Source: an uncultured Gemmatimonadota bacterium (GTDB lineage Bacteria > Gemmatimonadota > Gemmatimonadetes > Palauibacterales > Palauibacteraceae). Taken from it: DNA of 64,000 nucleotides. The DNA lies in NCBI GenBank assembly GCA_964509895.1, contig CAZDZJ010000132.1, positions 18,269 to 82,268 on the forward strand, in the 5' to 3' direction. A program made the position numbers and the translations under genes. Below, one piece after another: positions 45,428 to 54,545 of the stretch. The notes beneath the pieces are model-generated. The model ran no database searches. It was not told where the DNA came from and was given only the letters and a program-made list of their open reading frames with translations. The first letter of the stretch is position 1. Each line of letters opens with the position of its first letter.

Positions 45428-46843
45428 CTAGTTGCCGAAGCGGGCGAGGATCCAGTCGGAGACCGTGTCGAGGAAGCCTTCGATGAAATCGGGCTCGAGC
45501 AGCGCGTACTCGGCCGGGGACCCCGTTGTGGCGGCCTGGAAGAGATGGTTGGCCCGCGGGATGACCTCGACCGTGACGTCCGGGTTCCCGGCGAGCGCCT
45601 CTTCCAGCGGCGGACGGTTCTGGTTGACGACCACCTGCAGGTCGAGGCCGCCGAAGAGCGCCAGCGCCGGCACGCGCGTACCGCGCAGGCCCTCCGCCGG
45701 ATCGTACGTGAGGAAATACCGGAACCAGGGCGTCTCGACGCGGTCGATCTGCCCGTCGATCTGTGTCTGCACGTAGGCATCCACGTCGCCGATCGCGGCG
45801 CGTTGTTCCTCGGGCATCTCCGCGATACCCTCCCGCAAAGCGGCCCCGAGTTCTTCGCGGAAGGGGTCCAGCCCGTCCCCGGCCTCCAGGGCCGCGAAGA
45901 GTCGGCGCTGGAAGTCGGTGTTCCATTCGATGCGATCCTCGGGCACGCCGCCCGCGCGCTGGATGGCGGCGGACTGCACGTACAGAATCTCGGTGCCCGG
46001 CACGGTCGAACCCGCCAGCAGGACGACGAAGCGGACCGCGTCCGAGCGCGAGGCCGCCAGGGGCGCCACGATGGCCCCCTCGCTGTGTCCCACGAGACCG
46101 ACCCGGTCGGGGTCGACGTCCGGATGCCCGGAAAGCCTGGCGAGCCCGGCCAGCGCGTCCCCCGCGAAGTCGGACGAAGTGGAGGCGGAGACGCTCCCCG
46201 TGGAACCGCCGACGCCGCGGTCGTCATAGCGGAGGACGGCGATGCCCTGCCGGGTGAGATGATCGGAGAGGACCCGGAAGATGGGGAAGCCGGCCACGAC
46301 CTCGTCCCGGTCCTGGGGCCCCGACCCCGTGATGAGGACGACGCCCGGGAAGGGTCCCGACCCCTCCGGCACCGTCAGCGTGCCTTCCAGGTGGATGTCC
46401 CCGCTCTCGAACGAGACCTCTTCGGCGCGATAGGGGGGCGGCTCCTCCGGCTCCGGCTCTTCGGCTGCTGCCCGCGAGACGGAGAAAGTGGTCGCCAGGA
46501 CTCCCTGCTTGAATTCGCCCGCGATCGTATCGCCCTCGTGGGTTCCGTCCCATGCGGCGAGCCCGATGGGCGACTCGAGTTCGAAGTGCACGCGGCCGTC
46601 GGCATAGGAGACGGAGAGGAGCGGCAGACCCACCTGGGCCTGGATGTCCATCGTCGCGGAGAGTACGCCGTCCGCCCGTTCGAACGTGACGGCGAAGGGC
46701 AGCTGGCCCGTGGGGATGACGACGGCGCCCACCCACCTGCCCTCGATGGGTCCGCCGCCAGCGTCCAGTCCCGGATCCGGTTCCTGCGCAAGCACCGGTG
46801 AGGAAACGACGCAGCCGATCGCCAACAGCGTTCGCAGGGCCAT
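45428..46843 (-). CDS. Secreted alpha/beta hydrolase
   Basis: ATG at 46843 and signal MALRTLLAIGCVVSSPVLAQ. An N-terminal beta-domain precedes the hydrolase core, which has VVLITGSGPQDRD, the nucleophile elbow GHSEGA, and a late NHLF. Confidence 0.75.
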   Translation of the reverse strand: MALRTLLAIGCVVSSPVLAQEPDPGLDAGGGPIEGRWVGAVVIPTGQLPFAVTFERADGVLSATMDIQAQVGLPLLSVSYADGRVHFELESPIGLAAWDGTHEGDTIAGEFKQGVLATTFSVSRAAAEEPEPEEPPPYRAEEVSFESGDIHLEGTLTVPEGSGPFPGVVLITGSGPQDRDEVVAGFPIFRVLSDHLTRQGIAVLRYDDRGVGGSTGSVSASTSSDFAGDALAGLARLSGHPDVDPDRVGLVGHSEGAIVAPLAASRSDAVRFVVLLAGSTVPGTEILYVQSAAIQRAGGVPEDRIEWNTDFQRRLFAALEAGDGLDPFREELGAALREGIAEMPEEQRAAIGDVDAYVQTQIDGQIDRVETPWFRYFLTYDPAEGLRGTRVPALALFGGLDLQVVVNQNRPPLEEALAGNPDVTVEVIPRANHLFQAATTGSPAEYALLEPDFIEGFLDTVSDWILARFGN

Positions 46844-46845
46844 CG

Positions 46846-47166
46846 TCAGTTTTCCTCGACCCGAACGGCGGAGCCGTAGACGACGATCTCCGCCGTGCCC
46901 CCCAGGATGTAGGAGGTAGAGAAGCGGACGCAGAGGATCGCGTTGGCCCCGAACGCCGCCGCCTCGCTTTCCATGCGATCGATCGCCTGTTCGCGCGCCT
47001 CGGCCATCATCTTCGTGTACTCCTGGATCTCGCCTCCCACGAGCGTCTTGAGGCCCGCGAGGATGTCGCGTCCCAGGTGGCGCGCCCGGATCGTGCTGCC
47101 GCGCACGAGGCCGAATTCCTCCACGATGCGGTATCCGGCGAGGTCGTTTCGGGAGGTGGAGATCAT
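46846..47166 (-). CDS. YbjQ/UPF0145-family protein
   Basis: Its 106 aa show the characteristic pattern GYRIVEEFGLVRGSTIRARHLGRDI...GANAILCVRF. Confidence 0.85.
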   Translation of the reverse strand: MISTSRNDLAGYRIVEEFGLVRGSTIRARHLGRDILAGLKTLVGGEIQEYTKMMAEAREQAIDRMESEAAAFGANAILCVRFSTSYILGGTAEIVVYGSAVRVEEN

Positions 47167-47633
47167 CGGACCACGTCCTTGTAGGGGTCTTTCTTCTGCA
47201 TGAAGAGCCGCTCACGCACGACGGAGACGAAGAGGACAACGAGGCCGGCGATCAGCACGAGCATGCCCCAGCGAACGTAGACGGGCATCGTCGTGTCCCG
47301 GATCAACTCGCTGACGGCCATCCACAGGGTCCAGGTTCCGACCGTGATCGCGCCCAGCGAGATCAGGACCCAGCCGATGCCGCGCTCGAGTCGGCGATAC
47401 ACGTGTTCCCAGTAGCTGTCCCACGTCTCTTCCGGGGGTTTCAGGGGACTCATGGTATCGGTGACCTCCTTAAGGCGGTGGTACGTCCGCAGCTCGTCGC
47501 GCAGATCCGGGTTGTTCTGGAGCGCCGACTCGAGTTCGGCGCGTCCCTCTCCCGAAATCTCCCGGTCCACCTCGGCCATCATGAGTTGGCGCACCCGGTC
47601 GTCGCCGGGCGGGTTCGGCTTCCTCTCAGTCAT
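47163..47633 (-). CDS. Putative membrane-anchored anti-sigma factor
   Basis: It lies immediately downstream of the ECF sigma gene and overlaps it. An N-terminal helical cytoplasmic region is followed by two TM helices. There is no HxxxCxxC zinc motif. The ATG at 47633 is preferred over the GTG at 47642. Confidence 0.5.
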   Translation of the reverse strand: MTERKPNPPGDDRVRQLMMAEVDREISGEGRAELESALQNNPDLRDELRTYHRLKEVTDTMSPLKPPEETWDSYWEHVYRRLERGIGWVLISLGAITVGTWTLWMAVSELIRDTTMPVYVRWGMLVLIAGLVVLFVSVVRERLFMQKKDPYKDVVR

Positions 47634-48201
47634 CGCCCGCACCTCCCTCCCGGACGGGCCCCACTCTCGCCGTTTCGATCTCGCTGGCCAGAGACCGCCG
47701 CGCCCGGTAGAGGCGCGACATCACCGTGCCGATGGGGATTCCCAGCAACTCGGCGATCTCCCTGTATCGCAATCCCTCGAACTCGCGCAGGACGAGCGTC
47801 TCCCGCTCCCGCTCCGCAAGACGTTCGATGGCCGCGCCGACCTGTTCTCGCAGCTCGGAGCGCTCCGCCGCCTGATCGGGGGCGAGAGGGCGCCGGCCCA
47901 TCGTCGTGTCGCCAAGCCAGCTTCCCGCTCTCTCCAGCTTGAGGCGGCGGGAGCGCTGGTCCCGCGTATGGTTGAAACAGAGTCGTCGGATGATCTGGTA
48001 CAGCCAGGGGAAGAAGGGTCGCTCGGCATCGATCGTGGCCCGCGCCCGAAATGCCCTGGCGAAGGCCTCCTGTGAGAGATCCAGTGCGTCGTCGTGGTTC
48101 CCGACCAGTCCGAGCGCGGTATAGTAGGCACGCTGCATGTATCGTGTGACGAGTTCGCCGAAGGCCGCACGCTCGCCGCGCTGCGCGCGAAGCACGAGCA
48201 T
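47626..48201 (-). CDS. ECF (group 4) sigma-70 factor
   Basis: Region 2 is DALDLSQEAFARAF...FFPWLYQI. Region 4 is YREIAELLGIPIGTVMSRLYRAR. The start is ATG at 48201, or possibly the in-frame TTG at 48228. Confidence 0.85.
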   Translation of the reverse strand: MLVLRAQRGERAAFGELVTRYMQRAYYTALGLVGNHDDALDLSQEAFARAFRARATIDAERPFFPWLYQIIRRLCFNHTRDQRSRRLKLERAGSWLGDTTMGRRPLAPDQAAERSELREQVGAAIERLAERERETLVLREFEGLRYREIAELLGIPIGTVMSRLYRARRSLASEIETARVGPVREGGAGDD

Positions 48202-48342
48202 GCGGTCGGTTGCCTCCGAGCTGTTCAATTGCGGCTCCCATTGTCGCGGACACCCCGTGACGGCCTGTTTGCCAACGCGCGGGTTACACGGAGCCGCGAC
48301 CTTTATTCCCGGCAGTCCGGGATCAACGAATCGAGACAAAGA

Positions 48343-48807
48343 ATGAGCGAGTTCCCGGTCGGAGCAAGCCTGCAGCCCGAGATCGTTCCCTCCCGCTGGA
48401 CGCTGATCCGGGATGTGGCGGTCTTCCAGCTCAAGCTGCTCCTCGATGGTTTGAGGGATGCGTTGCTGGTGCCGATCTCGCTCTTCATCGCCGCGCTCGA
48501 CCTGCTCGGCGTGGGCCCTCGGGCGGGTCGGCAGTTCTACCACCTGCTGGAGTGGGGGCGCCGGACGGAGTACTGGATCAACCTGTTCGGCGCCACCGAT
48601 CATGTTCGCGCTCTGGCGTCGTCTCCGCGGCCGGGCGTCGATACGCTCGTCGACCGCCTCGAACGCCTGGTGGTGCAGGAGTACGAGCGGGGCGGGATCA
48701 CGGCCTCGACGAAGGACGCCGTGGACCGAGCCCTCGATGGCCTTACGAGGCGCGAGCCCTCCGGCGGGAGTCCGTCCGGCCGGGATCCCTCCGGACCATC
48801 GCCGTGA
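48343..48807 (+). CDS. Hypothetical membrane protein
   Basis: ATG at 48343. It has one or two hydrophobic helices (VAVFQLKLLLDGLRDALLVPISLFIAALDLLG). No family was recognised. Its 3' end overlaps the convergent his fusion ORF by 65 nt. Confidence 0.4.
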   Translation: MSEFPVGASLQPEIVPSRWTLIRDVAVFQLKLLLDGLRDALLVPISLFIAALDLLGVGPRAGRQFYHLLEWGRRTEYWINLFGATDHVRALASSPRPGVDTLVDRLERLVVQEYERGGITASTKDAVDRALDGLTRREPSGGSPSGRDPSGPSP

Positions 48808-51379
48808 GCCGGCGTTCAGCGGAGCGCGCGTGCGCCTCCAGGCCCTCCAGTCTGGCGAGCGCGGCCGTGTCGCGGAGCAGGTCCTCGTAGCCGTCCTCTT
48901 CCGGCGAGAGCGACAGCCACGTCGGACGGCGCAGGAACGAGAACACCGAGAGTCCCGAGTCGAACGCGGCCGCGCCGGACGTGGGGAGCGTGTGGTTGGG
49001 TCCGGCTCCGTAGTCTCCGGCGGCCTCGGGCGTGGCCGAGCCCAGGAAGAGCGATCCGTAGCGGCCAAGGCGGGGAGCGAGCGACTCGGCCCGATCGCCG
49101 TGCAGGTGCAGGTGTTCCGGCGCCACGGCGTTGCAGATGGCGGCGGCCTCGTCGGGGCTGGCCGCGAGGAGGGCGCCGCCGGCCGCCAGGGCCCGGCGCG
49201 CGATCGGTGCGGTCGGCAGCGCGGCCAGCTGCCGCCCGGCCTCTTCGCGGACGGCCTCGACGGTCGCTTCGTCGAAGGCGCACAGGAGCGGGACGGCGTC
49301 CGGGTCGTGCTCCGCCTGGGCGAGCAGGTCGGCCGCGACGCGCGCCGGCTCGGCATCCGGCGAGGCGACGACGAGCAGCTCGGAGGGGCCGGCGATGGTG
49401 TCGAGGCCGACCCGGCCGTAGAGGAGCCGCTTCGCCGCGGTGACGAAGCGGTTGCCGGGCCCCACGATCTTCTCGCAGCGCGGGACCCCGCCCACGCCGA
49501 ACGCGAGTGCGGCGATCGCCTGCGCCCCGCCCGCGGCGAGCAGGCCGTCCGCGCCGGCGATCAGCGCCGCGGCCTGTACGACCGGCGTCGGCCGAGGTGA
49601 GGCGACCCAGACCGAGGCGGCCCCCGCGACGCGCGCCGGAAGGGCCGTCATGAGGACCGAAGAGGGAAGCGGGAACCGTCCCCCCGGTGTGTAGCACCCC
49701 ACGCTCTCCAGCGGCACGAGCCGATGTCCGGCACGCCCGGCCGGGACGGGCGTGTCGAGTGCCGCGGCCGAGGCGAGCTGCGCCTCGGCGAAGGTTCGGA
49801 TCCGCCCCGAGACGCGTTCGAGCAGGTCGCGAGCCTCCTGGTCGATCTTATCGGCGGCCCGGGCGAGGGCCGCCCGGTCGAGCAGCAGGTTTGCGCCGGG
49901 CGGCAGATCGTCGAGGCGCGCCGCGTGTTCGCGAAGGGCCGTCTCTCCCCGCCGCTCGACGTCCTCGAGGATCGAGCGGGCGATCTCGAGCGCCTCCGGG
50001 TCGAGCGCCGGCCGGCGCACGGCCCGCACGGCTTCGTCGAGACCGATGGCCGGCAGGATGCAACCCGGCGGCGGGTCGCCCGCCGCGGCCGCCCGCCCGG
50101 TCGGCATCGCCGGCGGACGGCGGGGCGCGCGACGCCGAACCTTGAGCGCCCTCCGCGCAAGTTCGCCCCTCACGTCCGCGAGCGACCCGCCGGCTTCCAG
50201 CAGCCGCGTGAGGGCGAAGTAGCAGAGATCGGCGAATTCGGACACCGCCTCGTCCCTCGACGCGGCCGCCGCGAGCTCGCCGGCCTCCTCGACGAGCTTC
50301 CCCTGCAACAAGTCGGGTTCCCGAACGAGGCGCGCCGTCAGCGATCCGGGCTCCGCGTCGGCGATTCGCTCGCGAAGCCGCGCTTCGAGATCGGAGAGCC
50401 CCATCGTCGTCGGCGACGTCTCGGAATCGAAGCAACCCGCCGCGCCCGTGTGGCAGAAGCCGGAGCCGTGCTGCCGCACCGTGAAACGCAGCGTGTCCCG
50501 GTCACAGTCGAGCGCCACCCGCAGGAGTTCCTGTGTGGCGCCCGAGGATTCCCCCTTGCGCCACAACCCCCGCGAGCGGCTCCGGTAGATGCCGCGCCGT
50601 TCCTCGACGGCGGCCCGCAGGCTCTCCGGGCTCGACCACGCGAGGCCGAGGGCACGGCCGGCCTCATCCTCCACCAGCGTTGCCCACAACCTGTCGGGCC
50701 GGTCCGACGTCAGTGGGGCCGCGATGGCATCGCCCAGGTCCATGCGTCCGCTGTAGATCGCCATCCCCACCTGCGCGTCCGCTCCCAGCCGGTCGAGGGC
50801 CGCGACCTCCGAGGCGTCGCGGACGCCGCCGGCCACCGTGATCCGAGCCGCCCCCGCGGCGGTGACGAGCGCCGGAACGCGGTCCAGCGGGAGCCCTCCC
50901 AGCGTGCCCTCGACTTCGACGAACGTGACCAGGTAGCCTCCTGCCAGGCCATCGAGTTCCCGCATCCGCTCGGCGACGCCGCGGCCCGTCCCGCGGCGCC
51001 AGCCCTCGACGACGATCTCCCCGTCGCGCGCGTCGAGGGCCGCGATGACTCGATCGGGCGGGAGTCCGGTCAAGACGCCGGGATTGGCCGCCGTGCCCAG
51101 AATCACGCGCCGCGCCCCGGCGTCGAGCCAGTCGAGCGCGGCTTCCCGTGACCGGATGCCGCCGCCGACGCGGCAGGGCGCGAGCGCCAGCAGTTCACGG
51201 ATGACGGCGGCGTTGTCGCCCCGCCCCAGCGCCGCGTCGAGATCGATGACCGCGATCTCGCCCGCCACCGCGAACCTCTCCGCCAGCGGCCGTGGATCCC
51301 CCGCGTCGATCTCCAGCGTCGCGCCCTGGCGCAACTGCACGGCGCGGCCGCCCATGAGGTCGATCGATGGAACGATCAT
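48743..51379 (-). CDS. hisA-hisIE-hisD: Single ORF fusing HisA (ProFAR isomerase), HisI (PR-AMP cyclohydrolase), HisE (PR-ATP pyrophosphatase) and HisD (histidinol dehydrogenase) domains, 878 aa
   Basis: One uninterrupted frame carries all four domains. HisA spans aa 1-222 (MIVPSIDLMGGRAVQLRQG...VAGGVRD...GMAIYSG). HisI spans about aa 228-318 (YRSRSRGLWRKGESSG...LDCDRD...CHTG). HisE spans about aa 326-412 (LEARLRER...LVEEAGELA...EFADLCYF). An Arg/Pro/Ala linker follows. HisD spans about aa 441-878 (GCYTPGG, GGAQAIAALAFG, IVGPGNRFV, IAGPSE, AQAEHD, APEHL, GDYGAGPNHTLPT). The ATG overlaps the hisF stop (ATGA). Confidence 0.8.
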   Translation of the reverse strand: MIVPSIDLMGGRAVQLRQGATLEIDAGDPRPLAERFAVAGEIAVIDLDAALGRGDNAAVIRELLALAPCRVGGGIRSREAALDWLDAGARRVILGTAANPGVLTGLPPDRVIAALDARDGEIVVEGWRRGTGRGVAERMRELDGLAGGYLVTFVEVEGTLGGLPLDRVPALVTAAGAARITVAGGVRDASEVAALDRLGADAQVGMAIYSGRMDLGDAIAAPLTSDRPDRLWATLVEDEAGRALGLAWSSPESLRAAVEERRGIYRSRSRGLWRKGESSGATQELLRVALDCDRDTLRFTVRQHGSGFCHTGAAGCFDSETSPTTMGLSDLEARLRERIADAEPGSLTARLVREPDLLQGKLVEEAGELAAAASRDEAVSEFADLCYFALTRLLEAGGSLADVRGELARRALKVRRRAPRRPPAMPTGRAAAAGDPPPGCILPAIGLDEAVRAVRRPALDPEALEIARSILEDVERRGETALREHAARLDDLPPGANLLLDRAALARAADKIDQEARDLLERVSGRIRTFAEAQLASAAALDTPVPAGRAGHRLVPLESVGCYTPGGRFPLPSSVLMTALPARVAGAASVWVASPRPTPVVQAAALIAGADGLLAAGGAQAIAALAFGVGGVPRCEKIVGPGNRFVTAAKRLLYGRVGLDTIAGPSELLVVASPDAEPARVAADLLAQAEHDPDAVPLLCAFDEATVEAVREEAGRQLAALPTAPIARRALAAGGALLAASPDEAAAICNAVAPEHLHLHGDRAESLAPRLGRYGSLFLGSATPEAAGDYGAGPNHTLPTSGAAAFDSGLSVFSFLRRPTWLSLSPEEDGYEDLLRDTAALARLEGLEAHARSAERRLTAMVRRDPGRTDSRRRARAS

Positions 51380-52143
51380 CGCCGCACCGCCACGCCAAGC
51401 TGCTGCAGACGATCCTTGAGCCGGCCGATCGACCATTCTTCCTGATGGAATATGGATGCCGCCAACACGGCGTCGGCCCCCGCCCCGACCGCCGCGCACA
51501 TGTGTCCCGGATGGGCTCCACCCCCGGAGGCGACGATGGGTACCGGAACGGCGCCGCGAATCGCCGCGATCAGATCCAGGTCATAGCCGCTCCGCGTCCC
51601 GTCGCGGTCGAAGCTCGTGAGGAGGATCTCGCCCGCGCCCAGCTCCACCGCGCCGCGCGCCCAGTCCGCCGCGTCCCGTCCCGTGCGCTTCCGGCCGGAG
51701 TGCGTGAGCACCTCGAAGCCGCTGGGGCACTCGTCGGCCGGGGTGCCGGTCGCGTCCAGCGCCAGCACGGCGCACTGGGCGCCGAAGCGCATCGAGATCT
51801 CCTCCAGCAGGGAGGGCCGCTCGACGGCGGCGGTGTTCACCGCCACCCGGTCGGCCCCCGCCTCCAGCAGGGCGCCCGCGTCTTCCACCGTACGCACGCC
51901 GCCCCCGACGGTGAGCGGAATCGATATCTCGTCGCGGACCCGGCCGATCGTGCCGGCCCGGGCCAGCCGCCCGTCCTCGGTGGCCGACACGTCGAGGATC
52001 ACGATCTCGTCGGCGCCCTCCCGCTCGTAGCGCCGCGCGAGCCGCGCCGGCTCCCCCTGGTCCGCGAGATTCGCGAACCGGATCCCCTTGACGACCCGCC
52101 CGTCCTTCACGTCGAGGCACGGGATCACGCGTACATTCAACAT
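51376..52143 (-). CDS. hisF: Imidazole glycerol phosphate synthase cyclase subunit
   Basis: Motifs MLNVRVIPCLDVKDGRVVKG, TVGGGV, DRDGT and ASGG. Confidence 0.9.
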   Translation of the reverse strand: MLNVRVIPCLDVKDGRVVKGIRFANLADQGEPARLARRYEREGADEIVILDVSATEDGRLARAGTIGRVRDEISIPLTVGGGVRTVEDAGALLEAGADRVAVNTAAVERPSLLEEISMRFGAQCAVLALDATGTPADECPSGFEVLTHSGRKRTGRDAADWARGAVELGAGEILLTSFDRDGTRSGYDLDLIAAIRGAVPVPIVASGGGAHPGHMCAAVGAGADAVLAASIFHQEEWSIGRLKDRLQQLGVAVRR

Positions 52144-52820
52144 GCCGCGGCGACCCTCAAGGGCACCGGGGGCCTCTCGCGGCCGGCGGCCGCACTCGGG
52201 GCCAGTTCGAGCCATCGGGTCAGGAGCGCCGCGCCGACTCGCCCGGACAACTCCGGGTGGAACTGGCAGGCCAGTACGCCGGCCCGCTCGATCCCCGCCA
52301 CAAAGCGGGCCCCGTGCCGGCTCAGAGCCGCAGACCAGCCGTTCGGTGTAGCGGCGAGCCCATAGGAGTTGGCGAAGTAGACGATGCCCGGCCGGAGGAA
52401 GACGGTGCCCGCGGGAGCCGACAGCCGGTTCCAGCCAAGTTGCGGGACCCGTCCCGCCCCTTCGAGCCGGACCACTCGACCCGGCACGCAGCCGAGACCC
52501 GGGACTCCCGGCGCCTCGTCGCTTGCCTCGCACAGGAGCTGCAGGCCCAGGCAGATGCCCAGCGTCGGCCGGCCCGCCTCCACTCGCCGGCGGATCGCCT
52601 CCACCCATCCCCTGCGCCGAAGTTCGGCCATGCCTCCGGCGAAGGATCCCACGCCGGGCAGCACGACAAAATCCGCCCCCGCGATCCCGGCTGCGGAATC
52701 CAGCAGTCGGGGCGTCCTGCCCAGTCGCCGGAACGCCGCGGCCACTGCCTCGATGTTCGCCAATCCCGTCGGGACGATGCCCACCTCGTCCGGCCGCCTC
52801 ACGACGCGCGCGGCGCTCAT
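52137..52820 (-). CDS. hisH: Imidazole glycerol phosphate synthase glutamine amidotransferase subunit
   Basis: Motifs LPGVGSF, the catalytic GICLGLQLL, and QFHPE. The ATG at 52820 overlaps the hisB stop (ATGA). Confidence 0.85.
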   Translation of the reverse strand: MSAARVVRRPDEVGIVPTGLANIEAVAAAFRRLGRTPRLLDSAAGIAGADFVVLPGVGSFAGGMAELRRRGWVEAIRRRVEAGRPTLGICLGLQLLCEASDEAPGVPGLGCVPGRVVRLEGAGRVPQLGWNRLSAPAGTVFLRPGIVYFANSYGLAATPNGWSAALSRHGARFVAGIERAGVLACQFHPELSGRVGAALLTRWLELAPSAAAGRERPPVPLRVAAAC

Positions 52821-53506
52821 CGGGCCGCCGCTTCGAGGGCGCAATCCCTCGAATCCTCCTTGCCGGCGAGGTCAGGGGGGGCGTCCGACTCGAGGACCCC
52901 CTTCGTACTGGGAATTCCGCCCGCGGCCCGCCGGGAGACCGCCTCTCCGAGCGCGAGCCCGAACGACTTGAAGGCCGCCTCCGCCCGGTGGTGGTCGTTG
53001 TCGCCCCGCAGCACGTCGAGGTGAAGCGTCAGACGGGCCGACGTTGCGAGCGACGTGAAGAAATGCGCCAGGTTCTCGGTGGCCACGCTGCCCAGCATCT
53101 CCCGCCGGAGACCCAGATCCACGGTGGCGGAGGGGCGGCCCGACAGATCCACGACGGCCCTCGCGAGCGCCTCGTCGAGCGGCGCGTAGGCGTAGCCGAA
53201 GCGGCGGATTCCGCTCCTCTCGCCGAGCGCGTCCCGAATCGCGGAGCCGAGAACGATCGCGCAGTCCTCCACCGTGTGGTGGTCGTCGACTTCGAGATCG
53301 CCGCGCGCGCACAGATCCAGCGTCATCCCGCCGTGGAAGGCCGCGGCCCCGATCATGTGGTCCAGAAAGGGCAACCCGGTCTCGACCTGACTCGGTCCTC
53401 GCCGGTCGAGATCGAGTCGTGCCTCGATCGCGGTCTCGAGCGTCCGCCGGGATCTCCTGCCCGTGCGGTTGCCGTCCGGTGAAGGATTCCTCGTGTGGCT
53501 ACCCAT
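52817..53506 (-). CDS. hisB: Imidazoleglycerol-phosphate dehydratase (dehydratase domain only)
   Basis: Motifs FLDHM, DDHHTVED, NDHHRAEAAFK and STKGVL. There is no N-terminal histidinol-phosphatase domain. ATG at 53506. Confidence 0.9.
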   Translation of the reverse strand: MGSHTRNPSPDGNRTGRRSRRTLETAIEARLDLDRRGPSQVETGLPFLDHMIGAAAFHGGMTLDLCARGDLEVDDHHTVEDCAIVLGSAIRDALGERSGIRRFGYAYAPLDEALARAVVDLSGRPSATVDLGLRREMLGSVATENLAHFFTSLATSARLTLHLDVLRGDNDHHRAEAAFKSFGLALGEAVSRRAAGGIPSTKGVLESDAPPDLAGKEDSRDCALEAAAR

Positions 53507-54545
53507 CGGTCTTCTCTCCGCAAGGTTCGTCAAGGGTCGGGCCAAGTGTCGTATCGAGTACGGCGAGCACGCGGCGGAAGGTCGCCTCGTCCCCGGGAAG
53601 CGTGATCCGGATGAGCTCCGGGCGGTTCGGGAAGCGCCGCACGGCGATCCCGGCGCGTCGGAACCCCTGGTGCAACGCGCCCGACCGGTCGCTGGCGGCG
53701 AGCACGAAGTTCGCCTCGGAGGCGAATGGGTCGGCGCCCCATGCCTGCAGCGCGGCGCACAGCCGGCTGCGTTCGCCGCGGACGGCCGCCACGTGCGCCT
53801 GGGTGATGCGGTCGCCCAGCGAGAGCGCCCGCTCCGCGAGCCAGATGGACGGGCCCGACAGCGGGAAGGGTGGCCCGGAGGTCCGGAGGGCATCGATGGC
53901 CGGGCGCGCTCCCAGGACGCACCCGACCCGAAGCCCCGCGAGCCCCCACGCCTTCGAGAGCGTCCGCACGACGAGGACGTTGTCCCGCTCCAGCAGGGCC
54001 CGGGTGGGATCGGAATCCGCGTACTCCACATACGCGAGGTCGGCGAGGAGCAGGGCCCCACCCGGCAGGTGCTCGGCAATCTCGAGCATGCGGAACGCGG
54101 GGACGACCCGGCCGGTGGGGTTGTGCGGCGAGATCACCGTCACGAGTCCGGTCCGCTCGCCGAGCCGCCCGAGGATCGGCGCCAGGGGCGCGGGGTCCCG
54201 AAGCGTGGGGATCTGGCGCACGCGTCCGCGCGCCAACCCGGCGAAGTGCGGCATCATCTCGAACGTCGGCGCCACCGTGATCATGTCCCGCCCGCCCGCG
54301 AGCTGGAGGCGACAGATGCGGTCGATCGCATCGTCCGCTCCCGCGGTGACGAGGACGCGGCCCGGCTCGAGGCCCCAGAGATCGGCCAGTTGCCGCTCCA
54401 GACCCGAAGCATCCGGGTACCGCGTCAGGGTCGTCGCCGGAACCCGGGCGAGAAGGGGCGCGAGTCCGGGCGCCGGGAAGAGACGCTCGTTGCGGTCGAG
54501 CCTCAGCAGCTCACCCGGCGCCGCCGCCACCGCTACGGTGTTCAC
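53499..54545 (-). CDS. hisC: Histidinol-phosphate aminotransferase
   Basis: Motifs LDRNE, YPD, NPTG, and the PLP-lysine motif TLSKAWGLAGLRVG. The gene sits inside the his operon. Confidence 0.85.
   Translation of the reverse strand: MNTVAVAAAPGELLRLDRNERLFPAPGLAPLLARVPATTLTRYPDASGLERQLADLWGLEPGRVLVTAGADDAIDRICRLQLAGGRDMITVAPTFEMMPHFAGLARGRVRQIPTLRDPAPLAPILGRLGERTGLVTVISPHNPTGRVVPAFRMLEIAEHLPGGALLLADLAYVEYADSDPTRALLERDNVLVVRTLSKAWGLAGLRVGCVLGARPAIDALRTSGPPFPLSGPSIWLAERALSLGDRITQAHVAAVRGERSRLCAALQAWGADPFASEANFVLAASDRSGALHQGFRRAGIAVRRFPNRPELIRITLPGDEATFRRVLAVLDTTLGPTLDEPCGEKTDG

Noticed and set aside
48229-48342. A possible ECF-type autoregulatory promoter upstream of the sigma gene (the minus strand reads GGAATA-N16-GTAACC).
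   Set aside because: It is a poor match to the usual GGAAC...CGTC-type ECF consensus, and there is no second supporting feature. The evidence is too weak to annotate.
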